DNA of 64,000 bases from Bacteroidaceae bacterium (GCA_045534955.1 JAZSKR010000020.1:466013-530012); one strand, 5' to 3'; shown: positions 1 to 9,507, counted from the stretch's first letter. Numbers and translations: made by a program. Notes: generated by a model not told the origin, from the sequence alone.

Positions 1-764
1 ATTTTTCAGATTACAATAATTGCGGAAGCATATATCAGGATACGGACAACATAGGATTCATAAAGAGTGCTATTAAGGAAATAAGGAATGGAATAGTGGT
101 GACTTGCATGCCTTGTCAGGTGGCTGCCGTCAGAAGCCTGTTGGACAGGAATAATATCCCCTCTTTCATTATTTCTCTTTGTTGTTCGGGTCAGACTACC
201 GTAGAAGGAACATGGCTTTATTATAAACTGCTTGGGATTGACAAAAAGGATGTTTGTAATATCCAATACAGGGGAAGCGGCTGGCCTTCGGGTATCAGAA
301 TCAAACTGAAAGATGGAACTGAAGTCTACAGGGACAATTATACGTATCCCTGGACACTTATGCACAAGTCTCAGTTGTACAGACCTAAAAGATGCCTTTA
401 TTGTAAAGAGAAAACAAACACACATAGCGATGTGACTCTGGCTGACCCTTGGCTGAAAGAGTTAATGGAGAATGATAAGACAGGAAACTCTTTCATTATC
501 AGTAATCATGAAGGAGAGACTGTCCTGAAAGAGATGGAGAATAAGGGTTTATTGGCGCTTAGGGATTCTGATGAGAAAGAGTTTATTGTATCCCAACTGG
601 GTACGATTGAAGCCAAGATTGAAAGTTCGAAACATAAGGCTTTGAATAGAATGATTGCCCGAATGGGACGGGAAGGATCTTTTTACAAGAAAGTGTTTAC
701 CTGTTCAGAGGCTATGTTGAAGAGCCATTTGTTTATTATGAGAATGTTACGAAAAATATTGTGA
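1..764 (+). CDS. FrhB/FdhB-like protein (coenzyme F420 hydrogenase/dehydrogenase beta-subunit C-terminal domain type); 5' end cut by the window edge
   Basis: The frame of listed ORF 96..764 stays open back to nt 3 (FSDYNNCGSIYQDTDNIGFIKSAIKEIRNGIVVTCMPCQ...), so the GTG at 96 is not the true start. Cys motifs MPCQ, LCCSG and CLYC are present. It sits beside a pyruvyl transferase, as in polysaccharide loci. Confidence 0.55.
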   Translation, partial: FSDYNNCGSIYQDTDNIGFIKSAIKEIRNGIVVTCMPCQVAAVRSLLDRNNIPSFIISLCCSGQTTVEGTWLYYKLLGIDKKDVCNIQYRGSGWPSGIRIKLKDGTEVYRDNYTYPWTLMHKSQLYRPKRCLYCKEKTNTHSDVTLADPWLKELMENDKTGNSFIISNHEGETVLKEMENKGLLALRDSDEKEFIVSQLGTIEAKIESSKHKALNRMIARMGREGSFYKKVFTCSEAMLKSHLFIMRMLRKIL

Positions 765-765
765 T

Positions 766-1347
766 ATGTCGGTGATAGAATCTTTTTTAGGCTTTTGGAG
801 AAGGGTGTACTGGTCCGGCAAATTTGGATCCGTAGACGGAAAGATATCCATCGGAAAGAGTGTCACTTTCCAGAATCCTGATACTCTTCACTTCGGAAAA
901 GGAGTGTCAATAGGTAAGAACTCCTATTTTCTGCCTCTGAAAAGATTTGCAGGTATTGAGTATACTCCCAAAATAACAGTAGGTGACAGATGTTGGATTG
1001 GTATCAGAAACAGTTTTGCATGTATTGACAGCATAGAAATTGGCAATGATGTCCTTTTTGCAGGCTATGTTCACATTACCGACCATTCTCACGGATTTGA
1101 GGACATTGATGTTCCTGTGCCAAAACAGCCTCTTACATCGAAAGGAGGGGTAAAAATCGAGGATCAGTGTTGGCTTGGGTTCGGATGCGAGATATTGTCA
1201 GGTGTTCATATCGGCCGGCATTCGGTAGTGGCAGCGCATGCCGTTGTAACAAAAGATGTTCCGCCATACTCTGTTGTAGCCGGCAACCCGGCAAGAATAA
1301 TTAAGCAGTACGATTCAGAAGCCAAGGAGTGGAAAAAGGTCAAATAA
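766..1347 (+). CDS. Hexapeptide-repeat (left-handed beta-helix) O-acetyltransferase
   Basis: Repeated [LIV]-G-x4 hexapeptide pattern (IGKSVTF, VSIGKNS, IGIRNS, IGNDVLF, LGFGCEI, IGRHSVVAAHAVV) and a C-terminal VPPYSVVAGNPARII motif typical of the WbbJ/Mac family. The ATG lies 1 nt after the upstream stop. Confidence 0.8.
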   Translation: MSVIESFLGFWRRVYWSGKFGSVDGKISIGKSVTFQNPDTLHFGKGVSIGKNSYFLPLKRFAGIEYTPKITVGDRCWIGIRNSFACIDSIEIGNDVLFAGYVHITDHSHGFEDIDVPVPKQPLTSKGGVKIEDQCWLGFGCEILSGVHIGRHSVVAAHAVVTKDVPPYSVVAGNPARIIKQYDSEAKEWKKVK

Positions 1348-1350
1348 GAA

Positions 1351-2526
1351 ATGTTAATTACTAAAATGACTGCAGGAAAGACAAAATACGTGATTTTATC
1401 GGACTTCAATGTCCGCTCCAACAATCGCGGTACTGCTGCGCTTGGATATGGTGCATTGGCTTTTCTGCAGAGCAAAGGTTTTATTGATGATGATTTTGAA
1501 ATCGTAAAGTTCCGTTTCCACCGTTACCCGTGGAGTAAGATACCAAAGGAAAAAGTCAGTGAACTTGACATTAACGGAAGGAAGTGGAAACTGCACGAGA
1601 TTTCAGTCTGGGCGTTGGAGAGATATCTCTACAGGTTCAGGATTCATTTCCTCAATACATTGTACCGCCGCATCATCAGTAATGTCAGGATCGTGGCAGC
1701 CATCAACGGCGGTGACGGACTTACTGACCTTTACGGCAACAAACTGCTGGATTCTCGTCTGCCTGAGATGAAACTGGCCATTGAGTCACGTATACCCTTT
1801 ATAGTAATGCCCCAAACCATCGGACCTTTTCTGGATCCGGCAAACAAGGAGAGAATCCTTTCAATACTGGGCAAGGCGCAGAAGATTTATGTCAGGGATA
1901 CCAATTTCGTGAAAGAGTTGGAGGATAAGGGGTTGCAATATGAGGTTGACAATGACCTCTCCTGTTACATGCAGCCTGAGCCGGTGGACGTTGAGATCAA
2001 ACACCCGTGCGTGGGCGTTAATGTGAGCGGTCTGGCCTATTCCAACAGGTTCGGTAACCTGGCGGGAGAGTTTGACTGCTATCCGGCACTCATGGAAGGT
2101 ATCGTAAGGATGTTCCAGTCCAAGGGTTGCAACGTCTATATAATACCTCATTCATACAATACTGAGAGGATTGAAGCCAATAATGATGATATGGAGGCCT
2201 CAAAACAGTTCTATGACGGACTGGCGGGGAAAGAGAATGTCTTCTTTGTTGACAGGAACCTGATTTCACCTCAGATAAAGTACCTGATTTCCCGGATGGA
2301 CTTCTTTATCGGCACCCGTATGCATGCCAACTTTGCGGCCATATTTACAGGCACGCCTGTATTTGGCCTTGCTTACAGTTACAAGTTCAAGGGGGCGTTT
2401 GAGAGGAACGGAATCTACAACAGGGTGGCGCTTATCAATAATCTGAAGGAATCAGATATAAGCGGTGTCCTGTCACAAATAGAGAGCGCATATAACGACG
2501 ATGTCAAATCAAAACAGACCAAGTGA
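1351..2526 (+). CDS. Polysaccharide pyruvyl transferase family protein
   Basis: 391 aa. The C-terminal FFIGTRMHANFAAIFTGTPVFGLAYSYKFKG motif resembles the CsaB/WcaK-type pyruvyl transferase signature. Polysaccharide-locus context. Confidence 0.7.
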   Translation: MLITKMTAGKTKYVILSDFNVRSNNRGTAALGYGALAFLQSKGFIDDDFEIVKFRFHRYPWSKIPKEKVSELDINGRKWKLHEISVWALERYLYRFRIHFLNTLYRRIISNVRIVAAINGGDGLTDLYGNKLLDSRLPEMKLAIESRIPFIVMPQTIGPFLDPANKERILSILGKAQKIYVRDTNFVKELEDKGLQYEVDNDLSCYMQPEPVDVEIKHPCVGVNVSGLAYSNRFGNLAGEFDCYPALMEGIVRMFQSKGCNVYIIPHSYNTERIEANNDDMEASKQFYDGLAGKENVFFVDRNLISPQIKYLISRMDFFIGTRMHANFAAIFTGTPVFGLAYSYKFKGAFERNGIYNRVALINNLKESDISGVLSQIESAYNDDVKSKQTK

Positions 2527-3593
2527 TGAGTAATAAGAAACCGCGTCTGATAGCTTTTTATCTGCCACAGTTCTATCCTACCCCGGAGAATGATGAGTGG
2601 TGGCGTAAGGGTTTTACGGAGTGGACCAATGTGGGTAATGCCAAACCTCAGTTCAGAGGACATTACCAGCCGCGTGTTCCTGCAGATCTGGGTTACTATG
2701 ACTTGAGGATACCTGAGGTCCGTGAGCAACAGGCCGCCCTGGCCCGTGAGGCAGGTATTGAGGGTTTCTGCTACTGGCATTACTGGTTCGCAGGCCGCAG
2801 ACTGTTGGACAGGGTCTTTACTGAGGTCGTAGAGTCAGGTCATCCTGGTTATCCGTTCTGCCTTTGCTGGGCCAATCATAGCTGGTATCAGAAGACCTGG
2901 GATCCGTCAAGTCCAGACAAGCTGCTGATAGAACAGACTTATCCCGGTGAGCAGGATTATATCGATCAGTTCAATGCCATGCTGCCGGCATTCAAGGACA
3001 AGCGTTACATGAAGGCCGACGGAAAGCTGATATACGGTATATTTGACGCCGACAATATCAAGGATTTCCCGGTGATGAAAGAGACATGGGAGAGACTGGC
3101 TGCCCAGAACGGACTGCCCGGCTTCTATTTCTTTGGTTTCTGTCAGGGAGCCCACAGACTGCCCAAGACTCAGGAACTGGGTTTTGATGCAATCGTGTAT
3201 GAGCATATGACCACCGTGGCAAAGGAGGTCAGGGGCACATGGCTGAGCCGTTTAAAGGGTCGTATCAACTGCCCCGTCACCATTGATTATTCCAGATACG
3301 TGAAAGAGGCGCTTGCCTTCTTCAATGAGCATAAGGAATACATTCCTTGCATGATCCCCAATTTTGACCATTCACCGCGTTCAGGTCTTAAGGGAACAAT
3401 TCTGGTGGACAGCACTCCGGAAAAATGGTATGAATACTGCCGTGAAATAAGGAAACTGGAGGAGTCAAAGAATGACGATGAACGTCTGGTGTTCATCAAG
3501 GCATGGAATGAGTGGGGTGAAGGCAACTATCTTGAGCCGGATCTGAAGTTCGGAAAAGCCTACATTGAGAAGACTGAGCAGGCTTTCAAATAA
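2526..3593 (+). CDS. WbsX-like glycosyltransferase / GH99-like domain protein
   Basis: N-terminus RLIAFYLPQFYPTPENDEWWRKGFTEWTNV matches the characteristic WbsX-family opening. The ATG at 2526 overlaps the upstream TGA (GTGATG). Confidence 0.7.
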   Translation: MSNKKPRLIAFYLPQFYPTPENDEWWRKGFTEWTNVGNAKPQFRGHYQPRVPADLGYYDLRIPEVREQQAALAREAGIEGFCYWHYWFAGRRLLDRVFTEVVESGHPGYPFCLCWANHSWYQKTWDPSSPDKLLIEQTYPGEQDYIDQFNAMLPAFKDKRYMKADGKLIYGIFDADNIKDFPVMKETWERLAAQNGLPGFYFFGFCQGAHRLPKTQELGFDAIVYEHMTTVAKEVRGTWLSRLKGRINCPVTIDYSRYVKEALAFFNEHKEYIPCMIPNFDHSPRSGLKGTILVDSTPEKWYEYCREIRKLEESKNDDERLVFIKAWNEWGEGNYLEPDLKFGKAYIEKTEQAFK

Positions 3594-3728
3594 TCATAAA
3601 GCTTCATCATCAGGTTTGACAGGAGGGGTAGATTTCTTTGAGATACCGCTCCTGCCTTTGTTTTTCTCCCAAGCCGCCTTGCGCTTGAGATAGTCTTCAT
3701 AGTGTTTCTCCAGATAGTTGTCAGCCAT
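3594..3728 (-). CDS. Candidate small protein (44 aa), MADNYLEKHYEDYLKRKAAWEKNKGRSGISKKSTPPVKPDDEAL
   Basis: Hand-translated ATG..TGA ORF below the ORF-track size cutoff. It starts 6 nt after the folK stop on the same strand and fills the otherwise empty gap between the convergent WbsX-like gene and folK. No other support. Confidence 0.3.
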   Translation of the reverse strand: MADNYLEKHYEDYLKRKAAWEKNKGRSGISKKSTPPVKPDDEAL

Positions 3729-3734
3729 AATCAG

Positions 3735-4154
3735 CTACTTCTTGAGTTCCGGTGCAATCTGCAGGAGCGGTTTCATGACGAACTGGCGCTCATGCATCAG
3801 CGGGTGTGGGATTGTAAGCTCGGTTGTGTTCATGACCAGATCGTCATACAGGAGTATATCAATATCGATAGGGCGGTCTTGGTACTCTCCGGCGGCCGTT
3901 TTACGGGTTCGACCCAACTTGCGTTCAATCTCCTGGGTGGTGTGCAACACCTCGAGCGGTTGAAGATGGGTCTCCACCTTTACCGCCATATTGAGAAAGC
4001 GGTTGGAACTGTCAAAACCCCACGGTTCTGTTTCAATAATGTCCGATGCCGACAAGACTGTACCTACCTCACGGCCTATGAGTTCCAGGGCAAGAGAGAG
4101 ATTCTTCTGCCTGTCGCCCAGATTGGTTCCGAGTGAGAGGTACAGTGTCGCCAT
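3735..4154 (-). CDS. folK: 2-amino-4-hydroxy-6-hydroxymethyldihydropteridine diphosphokinase
   Basis: 139 aa. YLSLGTNLGDR, EPWGF, IDIDILLYDD and LTIPHPLMHERQFVMKPL are classic HPPK motifs. Confidence 0.85.
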   Translation of the reverse strand: MATLYLSLGTNLGDRQKNLSLALELIGREVGTVLSASDIIETEPWGFDSSNRFLNMAVKVETHLQPLEVLHTTQEIERKLGRTRKTAAGEYQDRPIDIDILLYDDLVMNTTELTIPHPLMHERQFVMKPLLQIAPELKK

Positions 4155-4161
4155 CAGTCTA

Positions 4162-5280
4162 TCAGTCTGTAATCAGCATTGCGTCTCCGTAGCAGCCAAA
4201 GCGGTAACCCTCCTTGACTGCAAGGTTGTATGCTGCCATTATCTTTTCATAACCACCGTATGCACAGGTAAGCATGAGCTGTACTGATTCGGGCAGCTGG
4301 AAGTTGCTTACCATGCTGTCAGCTACGCTGAATGTGTAGGGCGGGAATATGAACTTGTTGGTCCAGCCGTCGAAAGGCTTGATCAGGTGGTCTGTTCCCA
4401 CTACAGTCTCAAGAGCGCGGTTGACGGTATTGCCTATGGCGCAGATCTTGTGACCGCCCAACTTGGCGTTGTTTACTATATCGGTGCACTCCTGTGTGAC
4501 GTACATCTCTTCGGACTCCATCTTGTGCTTGGTCAGGTCCTCCACGTCAATCTCGCGGAAATTACCCAGACCGCAGTGCATGGTTATGAACGCACGGTCA
4601 ATACCCTTGATCTCCATGCGCTTCATCAGCTCGCGGCTGAAATGCAGACCGGCGGTAGGTGCGGTAACGGCGCCTTCGTTGGTGGCAAAGATTGTCTGGA
4701 AACTCTCCTCGTCGCAGAAGTCGCCCTTCTCAATCTGAGTCATGGGTTTGGGAACAGCCTTGCCCTCCTCGTCATATGTCCATGCGCAGGCCTTACGCTT
4801 CATGTAGGTAGGTATCGGAGCCTCACCCAGTGCATAGAGAGCTTTCTTGAATTCGTCATGAGGTCCGTCATAGAGGAATCTGAGCACACGACCGCGTGAT
4901 GTGGTGTTGTCAATGACCTCGGCTACCATGGAGTTGTCCTCACCAAAGTAGAGTTTGTTTCCGATACGGATCTTACGGGCGGGATCTACCTGTACGTCCC
5001 ACAGCAGGTTCTCCTCACGGAGTTCACGCAGCAGGAAAACTTCAATCTGGGCACCGGTCTTCTCTTTGTTGCCGTACATACGGGCGGGGAAAACACGGGT
5101 GTCGTTGAATACGAAAACGTCCTTTTCATCGAAATAGTTCAGGATGTCCTTGAACAGTACATGCTCAATTTCATCGGATTTCTTGTGCACGACCATCAGT
5201 CTTGATTCGTCGCGGTGTTCTGCAGGATACTGTGCAATCCTGTCCTCGGGGAGTTTGAATTTGAATTGTGATAGTTTCAT
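4162..5280 (-). CDS. queA: S-adenosylmethionine:tRNA ribosyltransferase-isomerase
   Basis: 372 aa. N-terminus [31 protein letters not shown] and the [12 protein letters not shown] motif. Confidence 0.9.
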   Translation of the reverse strand: MKLSQFKFKLPEDRIAQYPAEHRDESRLMVVHKKSDEIEHVLFKDILNYFDEKDVFVFNDTRVFPARMYGNKEKTGAQIEVFLLRELREENLLWDVQVDPARKIRIGNKLYFGEDNSMVAEVIDNTTSRGRVLRFLYDGPHDEFKKALYALGEAPIPTYMKRKACAWTYDEEGKAVPKPMTQIEKGDFCDEESFQTIFATNEGAVTAPTAGLHFSRELMKRMEIKGIDRAFITMHCGLGNFREIDVEDLTKHKMESEEMYVTQECTDIVNNAKLGGHKICAIGNTVNRALETVVGTDHLIKPFDGWTNKFIFPPYTFSVADSMVSNFQLPESVQLMLTCAYGGYEKIMAAYNLAVKEGYRFGCYGDAMLITD

Positions 5281-5313
5281 TCCCTAGTATTTAGTTGTTA
5301 TTAATTCTTGTTT

Positions 5314-5994
5314 TTACTTGTTGATGGCTTTACGGAGTTTCTCCAGATTCTGTGCGTAGTCCTTGATATCTCCGGTAAACAGACATGATGTTCCGGCTAC
5401 AAAAATGCTGGCTCCTATCTTGCTGAGTATCTCGGCGTGTTCAAGGGTTATGTTGCCGTCCACTTCCATGATGACATCTTCATGGTTCTTCTCCTTGAGA
5501 AGCTGCATGACCTTTTCGGCCTTTTTTATAGTGGAGGGTACTATGTTCTGACCCGCAAATCCGGGATTTACCATCAGAAGATGGATTCCGTCAATGTAAT
5601 CAAGCACCTCTTCCAGTGAATAGACGGGCGTGGCCGGGTTGATGGCCAGGAATCTCTTGCAGCCGAACGGCTCCAGAAAATCCAGTGCACGCTGAACCTG
5701 GAAAGTACTTTCATAATGAACGGAAACGATATCGTTCTCTTTTATTCCTACCCACTGGAATTTGTATTCGGGATCCTTTACCATAAGGTGCAGGTCCATG
5801 GGTATGTCAGTAAGTTCACGAAGACTGCGGATGTAGTCAACGCCAAGTCCAAAGTTGGGAACAAAAGTTCCGTCCATCACATCAATGTGCAGATGCTCCA
5901 CTCCCTCATCCTCAAATATCTTGAGAGTCTCTTTGAGGTTGATGAGGTCCGAGCACATCATCGATGCCGAAATCTCTTTCTTGTGTGATTGCAT
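5314..5994 (-). CDS. Ribulose-phosphate 3-epimerase family protein
   Basis: 226 aa. HIDVMDGTFVPNFGLG, DLHLMV, MVNPGFAGQ and EVDGNI motifs of the Rpe/AlsE TIM-barrel family. Confidence 0.8.
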   Translation of the reverse strand: MQSHKKEISASMMCSDLINLKETLKIFEDEGVEHLHIDVMDGTFVPNFGLGVDYIRSLRELTDIPMDLHLMVKDPEYKFQWVGIKENDIVSVHYESTFQVQRALDFLEPFGCKRFLAINPATPVYSLEEVLDYIDGIHLLMVNPGFAGQNIVPSTIKKAEKVMQLLKEKNHEDVIMEVDGNITLEHAEILSKIGASIFVAGTSCLFTGDIKDYAQNLEKLRKAINK

Positions 5995-6013
5995 ATTGTC
6001 TTGTTTTACAGTT

Positions 6014-7027
6014 TTATTCGTTCCATAAAGTCATAACCTTACAGTATGGCTCCTTATGCTGTTTCATCAGTTCAAGGCCTTCCATGAGTCTGTCCTGGCT
6101 GAAACGGTGGGTTATCAGGCTGATGCCGTCAATCTTCCCGTCTTTCAACGCTTCAACGACATCGGTCCAGTCAGACGGGTTGGTTCCGTCGTATGATGAG
6201 TTCCATGTTCCGGTTATGACAATCTGCTTGCGCAGTATTTTCCAGTAAACGCTCTGACGGAGCATGATATCACTGCTGGGATTGCCCATCAGCACCAGTC
6301 TGCCTCCGCGGCGTGTGGCATTGATTGCGGTCTCTATCGATGCGGGTGTGCCTACAGCCTCCAGTACAAAGTCATATTCATTCAGGTCCGATGTGCCCGG
6401 AACCAGATACTCCAGTCCCGCTTTTTCAATCATGGGGCGTTTCTCCTCACTGCGGCCGATGACGGTAACCTGTGCGGCACCTCGCATCCCGGCCCACAGA
6501 CCGGCTGCTATTCCAATCATTCCGGTGCCTATTATTGCGACCTTGTCCCCAGCCGATATCTGACCGAACTTTATGGCATGCAGTGCCACAGAGAAAGGTT
6601 CGAGCATGGCGGCCACTTCAAAAGGAAGTTCTTGGGGAATCTCTATCAGGTTCCATACCGGTACGGCTACATATTCGGCAAACGCTCCGTCGCGACGTGA
6701 GCCTACGTAGTCATAGTTCTGGCACATCTCATAGTGCTTATCGGCACACGGACGGCATTTGCGGCACGGAATGAGCGGGAACACTCCCACATGTCTGCCC
6801 ATCCATCTGCTGTCCTGTGCATCGGCCACTGATTCCACTATACCTGAGAACTCATGACCCGGTATGGTGGGGAAGTGGTATGTGCCCTTGGTGAAGACGC
6901 GTGATATGTCGGAACTGCATATTCCGGCAGCTTTCACCTTCACGATAGCCCAACCGGCCTCGCATTCAGGCATAGGTACATCCTCGTAACGGAAATCACC
7001 TACTGAGTGCAGATTATATGCTTTCAT
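6014..7027 (-). CDS. Zn-dependent medium-chain dehydrogenase, TarJ/GatD-like (putative ribulose-5-P reductase)
   Basis: 337 aa. Catalytic Zn motif GHEFSG, structural Zn cluster CRKCRPCADKHYEMC and Rossmann motif GTGMIG. Its start overlaps the upstream cytidylyltransferase stop by 14 nt. Confidence 0.7.
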   Translation of the reverse strand: MKAYNLHSVGDFRYEDVPMPECEAGWAIVKVKAAGICSSDISRVFTKGTYHFPTIPGHEFSGIVESVADAQDSRWMGRHVGVFPLIPCRKCRPCADKHYEMCQNYDYVGSRRDGAFAEYVAVPVWNLIEIPQELPFEVAAMLEPFSVALHAIKFGQISAGDKVAIIGTGMIGIAAGLWAGMRGAAQVTVIGRSEEKRPMIEKAGLEYLVPGTSDLNEYDFVLEAVGTPASIETAINATRRGGRLVLMGNPSSDIMLRQSVYWKILRKQIVITGTWNSSYDGTNPSDWTDVVEALKDGKIDGISLITHRFSQDRLMEGLELMKQHKEPYCKVMTLWNE

Positions 7028-7715
7028 TCCTCACGATTGATTCAAAGTTGGACAAATCTTCCTGGGTGGTGATCTTGAAGTTGTTCGTGTCACCCGGAAT
7101 CAGTATGCATTTCAATCCTGCCCTGTATGAAACCTCGGTACTGCCGGTAATACGGTTTATCTCATCGGCCGAAAGTTTCATGTTGGCATCGTAGTATGTT
7201 CCGAACCGGAAGGCCTCGGGAGCCTGTCCGTTCCACAGTGTCTTGCGTTCCAGCAGGGAGTCTATGTTCTTGCCGTCACGGCTCATGTAGACGGTATCCT
7301 TGACAGGGATGACAGGCAGGACGGCATCGGCATCCTTGCATGCCTGGAAGCAGTCCGTTATCAGTTGGGCCGTAAGCAGCGGGCGTGCGGCGTCGTGAAT
7401 GAGAACTGTGTCATCCTGTGTGGCGCCGTTCTCTTTGGCCACTTTAAGGGCGTTGATGATGGAGCCCTGTCTGGTCTCTCCCGGCTGGGAGTAGAAGATA
7501 GGTTTTCCGGATGCTGACTTTGCAACGCATCCGCGTACATAATCCACCCACTCATGGGCCACGGCTATGACAGCGCAGTCAACCGTCTTGTGACTCAGGA
7601 TGGTATCCAGACAATACTGGATGACGGGTTTACCGTTCACCTCAACATATTGCTTGGGAGTTGAAAGCCCCATTCGGGTTCCTGTTCCTCCTGAAAGGAT
7701 AATCGCTATGTTCAT
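7014..7715 (-). CDS. IspD/TarI-family cytidylyltransferase (putative ribitol-5-phosphate cytidylyltransferase)
   Basis: 233 aa. SGGTGTRMGLSTPKQY P-loop-like motif and HDAARP. It is divergent from canonical IspD at two motifs: GQAPEAF in place of QTPQGF, and GSTE in place of TDD. It is coupled to the TarJ-like dehydrogenase. Confidence 0.7.
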   Translation of the reverse strand: MNIAIILSGGTGTRMGLSTPKQYVEVNGKPVIQYCLDTILSHKTVDCAVIAVAHEWVDYVRGCVAKSASGKPIFYSQPGETRQGSIINALKVAKENGATQDDTVLIHDAARPLLTAQLITDCFQACKDADAVLPVIPVKDTVYMSRDGKNIDSLLERKTLWNGQAPEAFRFGTYYDANMKLSADEINRITGSTEVSYRAGLKCILIPGDTNNFKITTQEDLSNFESIVRNESI

Positions 7716-7726
7716 TACAATCCTTT

Positions 7727-8425
7727 TTACTGTTCTTGAATTGGATGCTCATCCAGCCATTCGGTGAACTTTTCAGGGTTCAGGCAATCCTCAACCTTGT
7801 ATTCACCCACTCGGGTACGCCTCAAAGCAGTCAGATGACCTCCGCTCTGCAAAGCTTCGCCAATGTCACGGGCAAGAGCCCTTATGTATGTTCCCTTGCT
7901 GCAGACCACGCGGATGGTTATGTCCGGCAGGTTGCAATCGGTAAGTTCAATCTCGTCAATGACCAGCGTCTTGGGCTTGAGTTCCACCTCATTGCCTTTG
8001 CGGGCCATCTCGTAGGCGCGTTTTCCGTCAACCTTACAGGCCGAAAAGGTGGGCGGTACCTGGTCTATCTTTCCTTTGAAACGCTCCAGAACCTGCTCCA
8101 CCATCTCACGGGTTATGTGCTCCGTTGGGTAGGTGGCGTCGATAGGCTTTTCCAGGTCAAAAGAAGGCGTTGTTGCACCCAGGCGTATTGTAGCATAATA
8201 CTCCTTGGTGCCGGACTGCAGTTCCTCAATCCGTTTGGTAGCCCTGCCGGTGCACACTATCAGCACACCTGTGGCCAACGGATCCAATGTGCCGGCATGT
8301 CCCACCTTGAGTTTCTTGACTCCAAGACGGCGGCATATGAGCCATCGGATCTTACCAACCACATCAAACGATGTCCAGCGGTACGGCTTGTCAAACGCCA
8401 AAATTACTCCTTCCTGGAAATTCAT
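7727..8425 (-). CDS. truB: tRNA pseudouridine(55) synthase
   Basis: 232 aa. KVGHAGTLDPLATGVL catalytic-Asp motif and typical TruB length. Confidence 0.9.
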   Translation of the reverse strand: MNFQEGVILAFDKPYRWTSFDVVGKIRWLICRRLGVKKLKVGHAGTLDPLATGVLIVCTGRATKRIEELQSGTKEYYATIRLGATTPSFDLEKPIDATYPTEHITREMVEQVLERFKGKIDQVPPTFSACKVDGKRAYEMARKGNEVELKPKTLVIDEIELTDCNLPDITIRVVCSKGTYIRALARDIGEALQSGGHLTALRRTRVGEYKVEDCLNPEKFTEWLDEHPIQEQ

Positions 8426-8428
8426 CTC

Positions 8429-9250
8429 TTAAAGGAACAGCAGTGTTACAATTCCTACAATAGCGCAATAGACTCCGAACCATATCAGTTTGCCCTTGCG
8501 TACAATCGATATCATCCACTTGCAGGCGGCGCAGCCCGAAAGGAATGCGGCTATGAATCCTATGGCCAGCACGCCGAATCCGGCATCGGCCCCAGCGGCA
8601 CCTGTACCGGCTGACTCAATCAGATCCTTCATATCCAGCAGGGCCTCACCCAGGATGGGGGGTATCACCATCAGGAACGAGAACTGAGCCAGACGCTCCT
8701 TCTTGTTGCCCAGCATGATACCGGTTGCAATGGTGGCACCTGAGCGTGATACACCGGGAAGTACAGCCACAGCTTGTGCTATGCCGATTATGAAAGCGTG
8801 CCAGCCGGATATGTTTTCTCTCTGGCGCGGTTTTGCGTAGTAAGAGAATGTGAGAAGGGCTGCAGTCACAAGCAGACACCAGCCTACAACGGTTGTTCCC
8901 GAACCGAATATGGCCTCGATCTTATCCTTGAAGAATACGCCTACAATGCCTACAGGAATCATTGAAATGATAATGTTGACGGCATATCGGGTTCCTTCGT
9001 TCAGACCGCTGTAACTCTTCCATGACTGTCTGGTGAACAGGTCGCGGAAAATCCAGACAATCTCTTTCCAAAGGATGACAAGGGTACTCAGGACGGTAGC
9101 CACGTGTACCAGTACCGTGAACGCCATGTTCTGCTCACCGTCTATCCCGAACAGCGATGAAGCAATAGCCAGATGTCCGCTGCTGCTTATGGGCAGATAT
9201 TCAGTGAGTCCCTGAAGCAGTCCTAACAGTAATGATTCAAGCCAACTCAT
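8429..9250 (-). CDS. uppP: Undecaprenyl-diphosphate phosphatase
   Basis: 273 aa polytopic membrane protein. [11 protein letters not shown] and [10 protein letters not shown] BacA motifs. Confidence 0.9.
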   Translation of the reverse strand: MSWLESLLLGLLQGLTEYLPISSSGHLAIASSLFGIDGEQNMAFTVLVHVATVLSTLVILWKEIVWIFRDLFTRQSWKSYSGLNEGTRYAVNIIISMIPVGIVGVFFKDKIEAIFGSGTTVVGWCLLVTAALLTFSYYAKPRQRENISGWHAFIIGIAQAVAVLPGVSRSGATIATGIMLGNKKERLAQFSFLMVIPPILGEALLDMKDLIESAGTGAAGADAGFGVLAIGFIAAFLSGCAACKWMISIVRKGKLIWFGVYCAIVGIVTLLFL

Positions 9251-9489
9251 TCTTTGTCCTCCTTATCGGCTTTGGGCTTGTAGACGATAGCCCCGATTAT
9301 GGTCAGGAAACCTATGAGAGTAACTATGGGAGCCACTTTGATGCGGCGTACGCTGAATATATCGGGCTCAAAATACTCATTGGTGCAGTTGGGACCAATC
9401 ATCAGAAGCAGACCGATGATGATGATAGCCATTCCTACGGCAACCAGAATGTAATTGGTCTTGGTAAATGCCAGTTTTTTCTTATCCAT
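9247..9489 (-). CDS. DUF3098-like small two-TM membrane protein
   Basis: 80 aa with two hydrophobic helices. It sits between ftsX and uppP, as is typical in Bacteroidota, and overlaps the uppP start by 4 nt. Confidence 0.6.
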   Translation of the reverse strand: MDKKKLAFTKTNYILVAVGMAIIIIGLLLMIGPNCTNEYFEPDIFSVRRIKVAPIVTLIGFLTIIGAIVYKPKADKEDKE

Positions 9490-9507
9490 ATTGAGAACAT
9501 TTAAAAA

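Noticed and set aside
6-425. 139-aa minus-strand ORF at the window start, and ORFs 3702..4136 and 3718..3963 opposite folK
   Set aside because: They are antisense to better-supported genes (the FrhB-like protein and FolK) and have no motifs.
7736-8614. 292-aa plus-strand ORF spanning the truB/uppP junction, plus similar shadow ORFs at 4387..4899, 16001..16504, 17807..18307, 36290..36802, 40828..41259 and 42166..42822
   Set aside because: All lie antisense to strongly supported genes, mostly in the codon-aligned frame, and have no recognisable motifs. They are explained by codon bias.
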